The notes beneath the pieces were generated by a model. The model was not told the origin of the DNA, made no database searches, and saw nothing but the letters and a program-made list of their open reading frames with translations. Below, piece by piece: positions 31,995 to 32,000 of a stretch of 32,000 nt of DNA (the first letter of the stretch is position 1; the number at the start of each line of letters is the position of its first letter). The translations under genes were made by a program, and so were the position numbers. Source of the DNA: Candidatus Saccharimonadota bacterium (lineage in GTDB: Bacteria; Patescibacteriota; Gracilibacteria; UBA1369; 2-02-FULL-48-14); assembly GCA_965230905.1 (NCBI GenBank), contig OZ246396.1, positions 690,001-722,000 of the forward strand. The letters are read 5' to 3'.

Positions 31995-32000
31995 GTATAA

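Overview
This 32-kb chromosomal window looks like it comes from a small-genome, Patescibacteria/CPR-like bacterium. That placement is an inference from gene content and from start codons that lack Shine-Dalgarno (SD) sequences. About 80 percent of the window is housekeeping. It holds serS (partial), dnaK with a CIRCE operator, grpE-hrcA, gap, a VanW-domain protein, tsaC, and rsmH plus an FtsL-like gene. It also holds a class I aldolase-fbp pair, an ECF sigma/anti-sigma pair, an mraY-dac-LCP operon, comEC and a TM-anchored methyltransferase. I found no tRNA, rRNA, CRISPR array, transposase or integrase. Five things are not explained by ordinary annotation. (1) Three long hairpins at 20454..20510, 24995..25117 and 25127..25180 have unrelated, compensating stems but share an apical loop, GGGAGCCYTTAT. 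Two of them sit at gene 3' ends. (2) A ~1321-aa protein reads as cyclase-like plus AAA_16/STAND-like plus helical repeats, with a degenerate P-loop. (3) A 706-aa bitopic protein occupies the slot where ftsI normally follows ftsL. (4) A low-G+C island at about 26.6-29.5 kb carries small unknown genes, one of them bracketed by ~27-nt inverted repeats, plus a frameshifted conserved ORF. (5) Several genes have a -10 box only 5-8 nt from the ATG, which suggests leaderless mRNAs. All functional calls come from reading the translations; no database search was possible.
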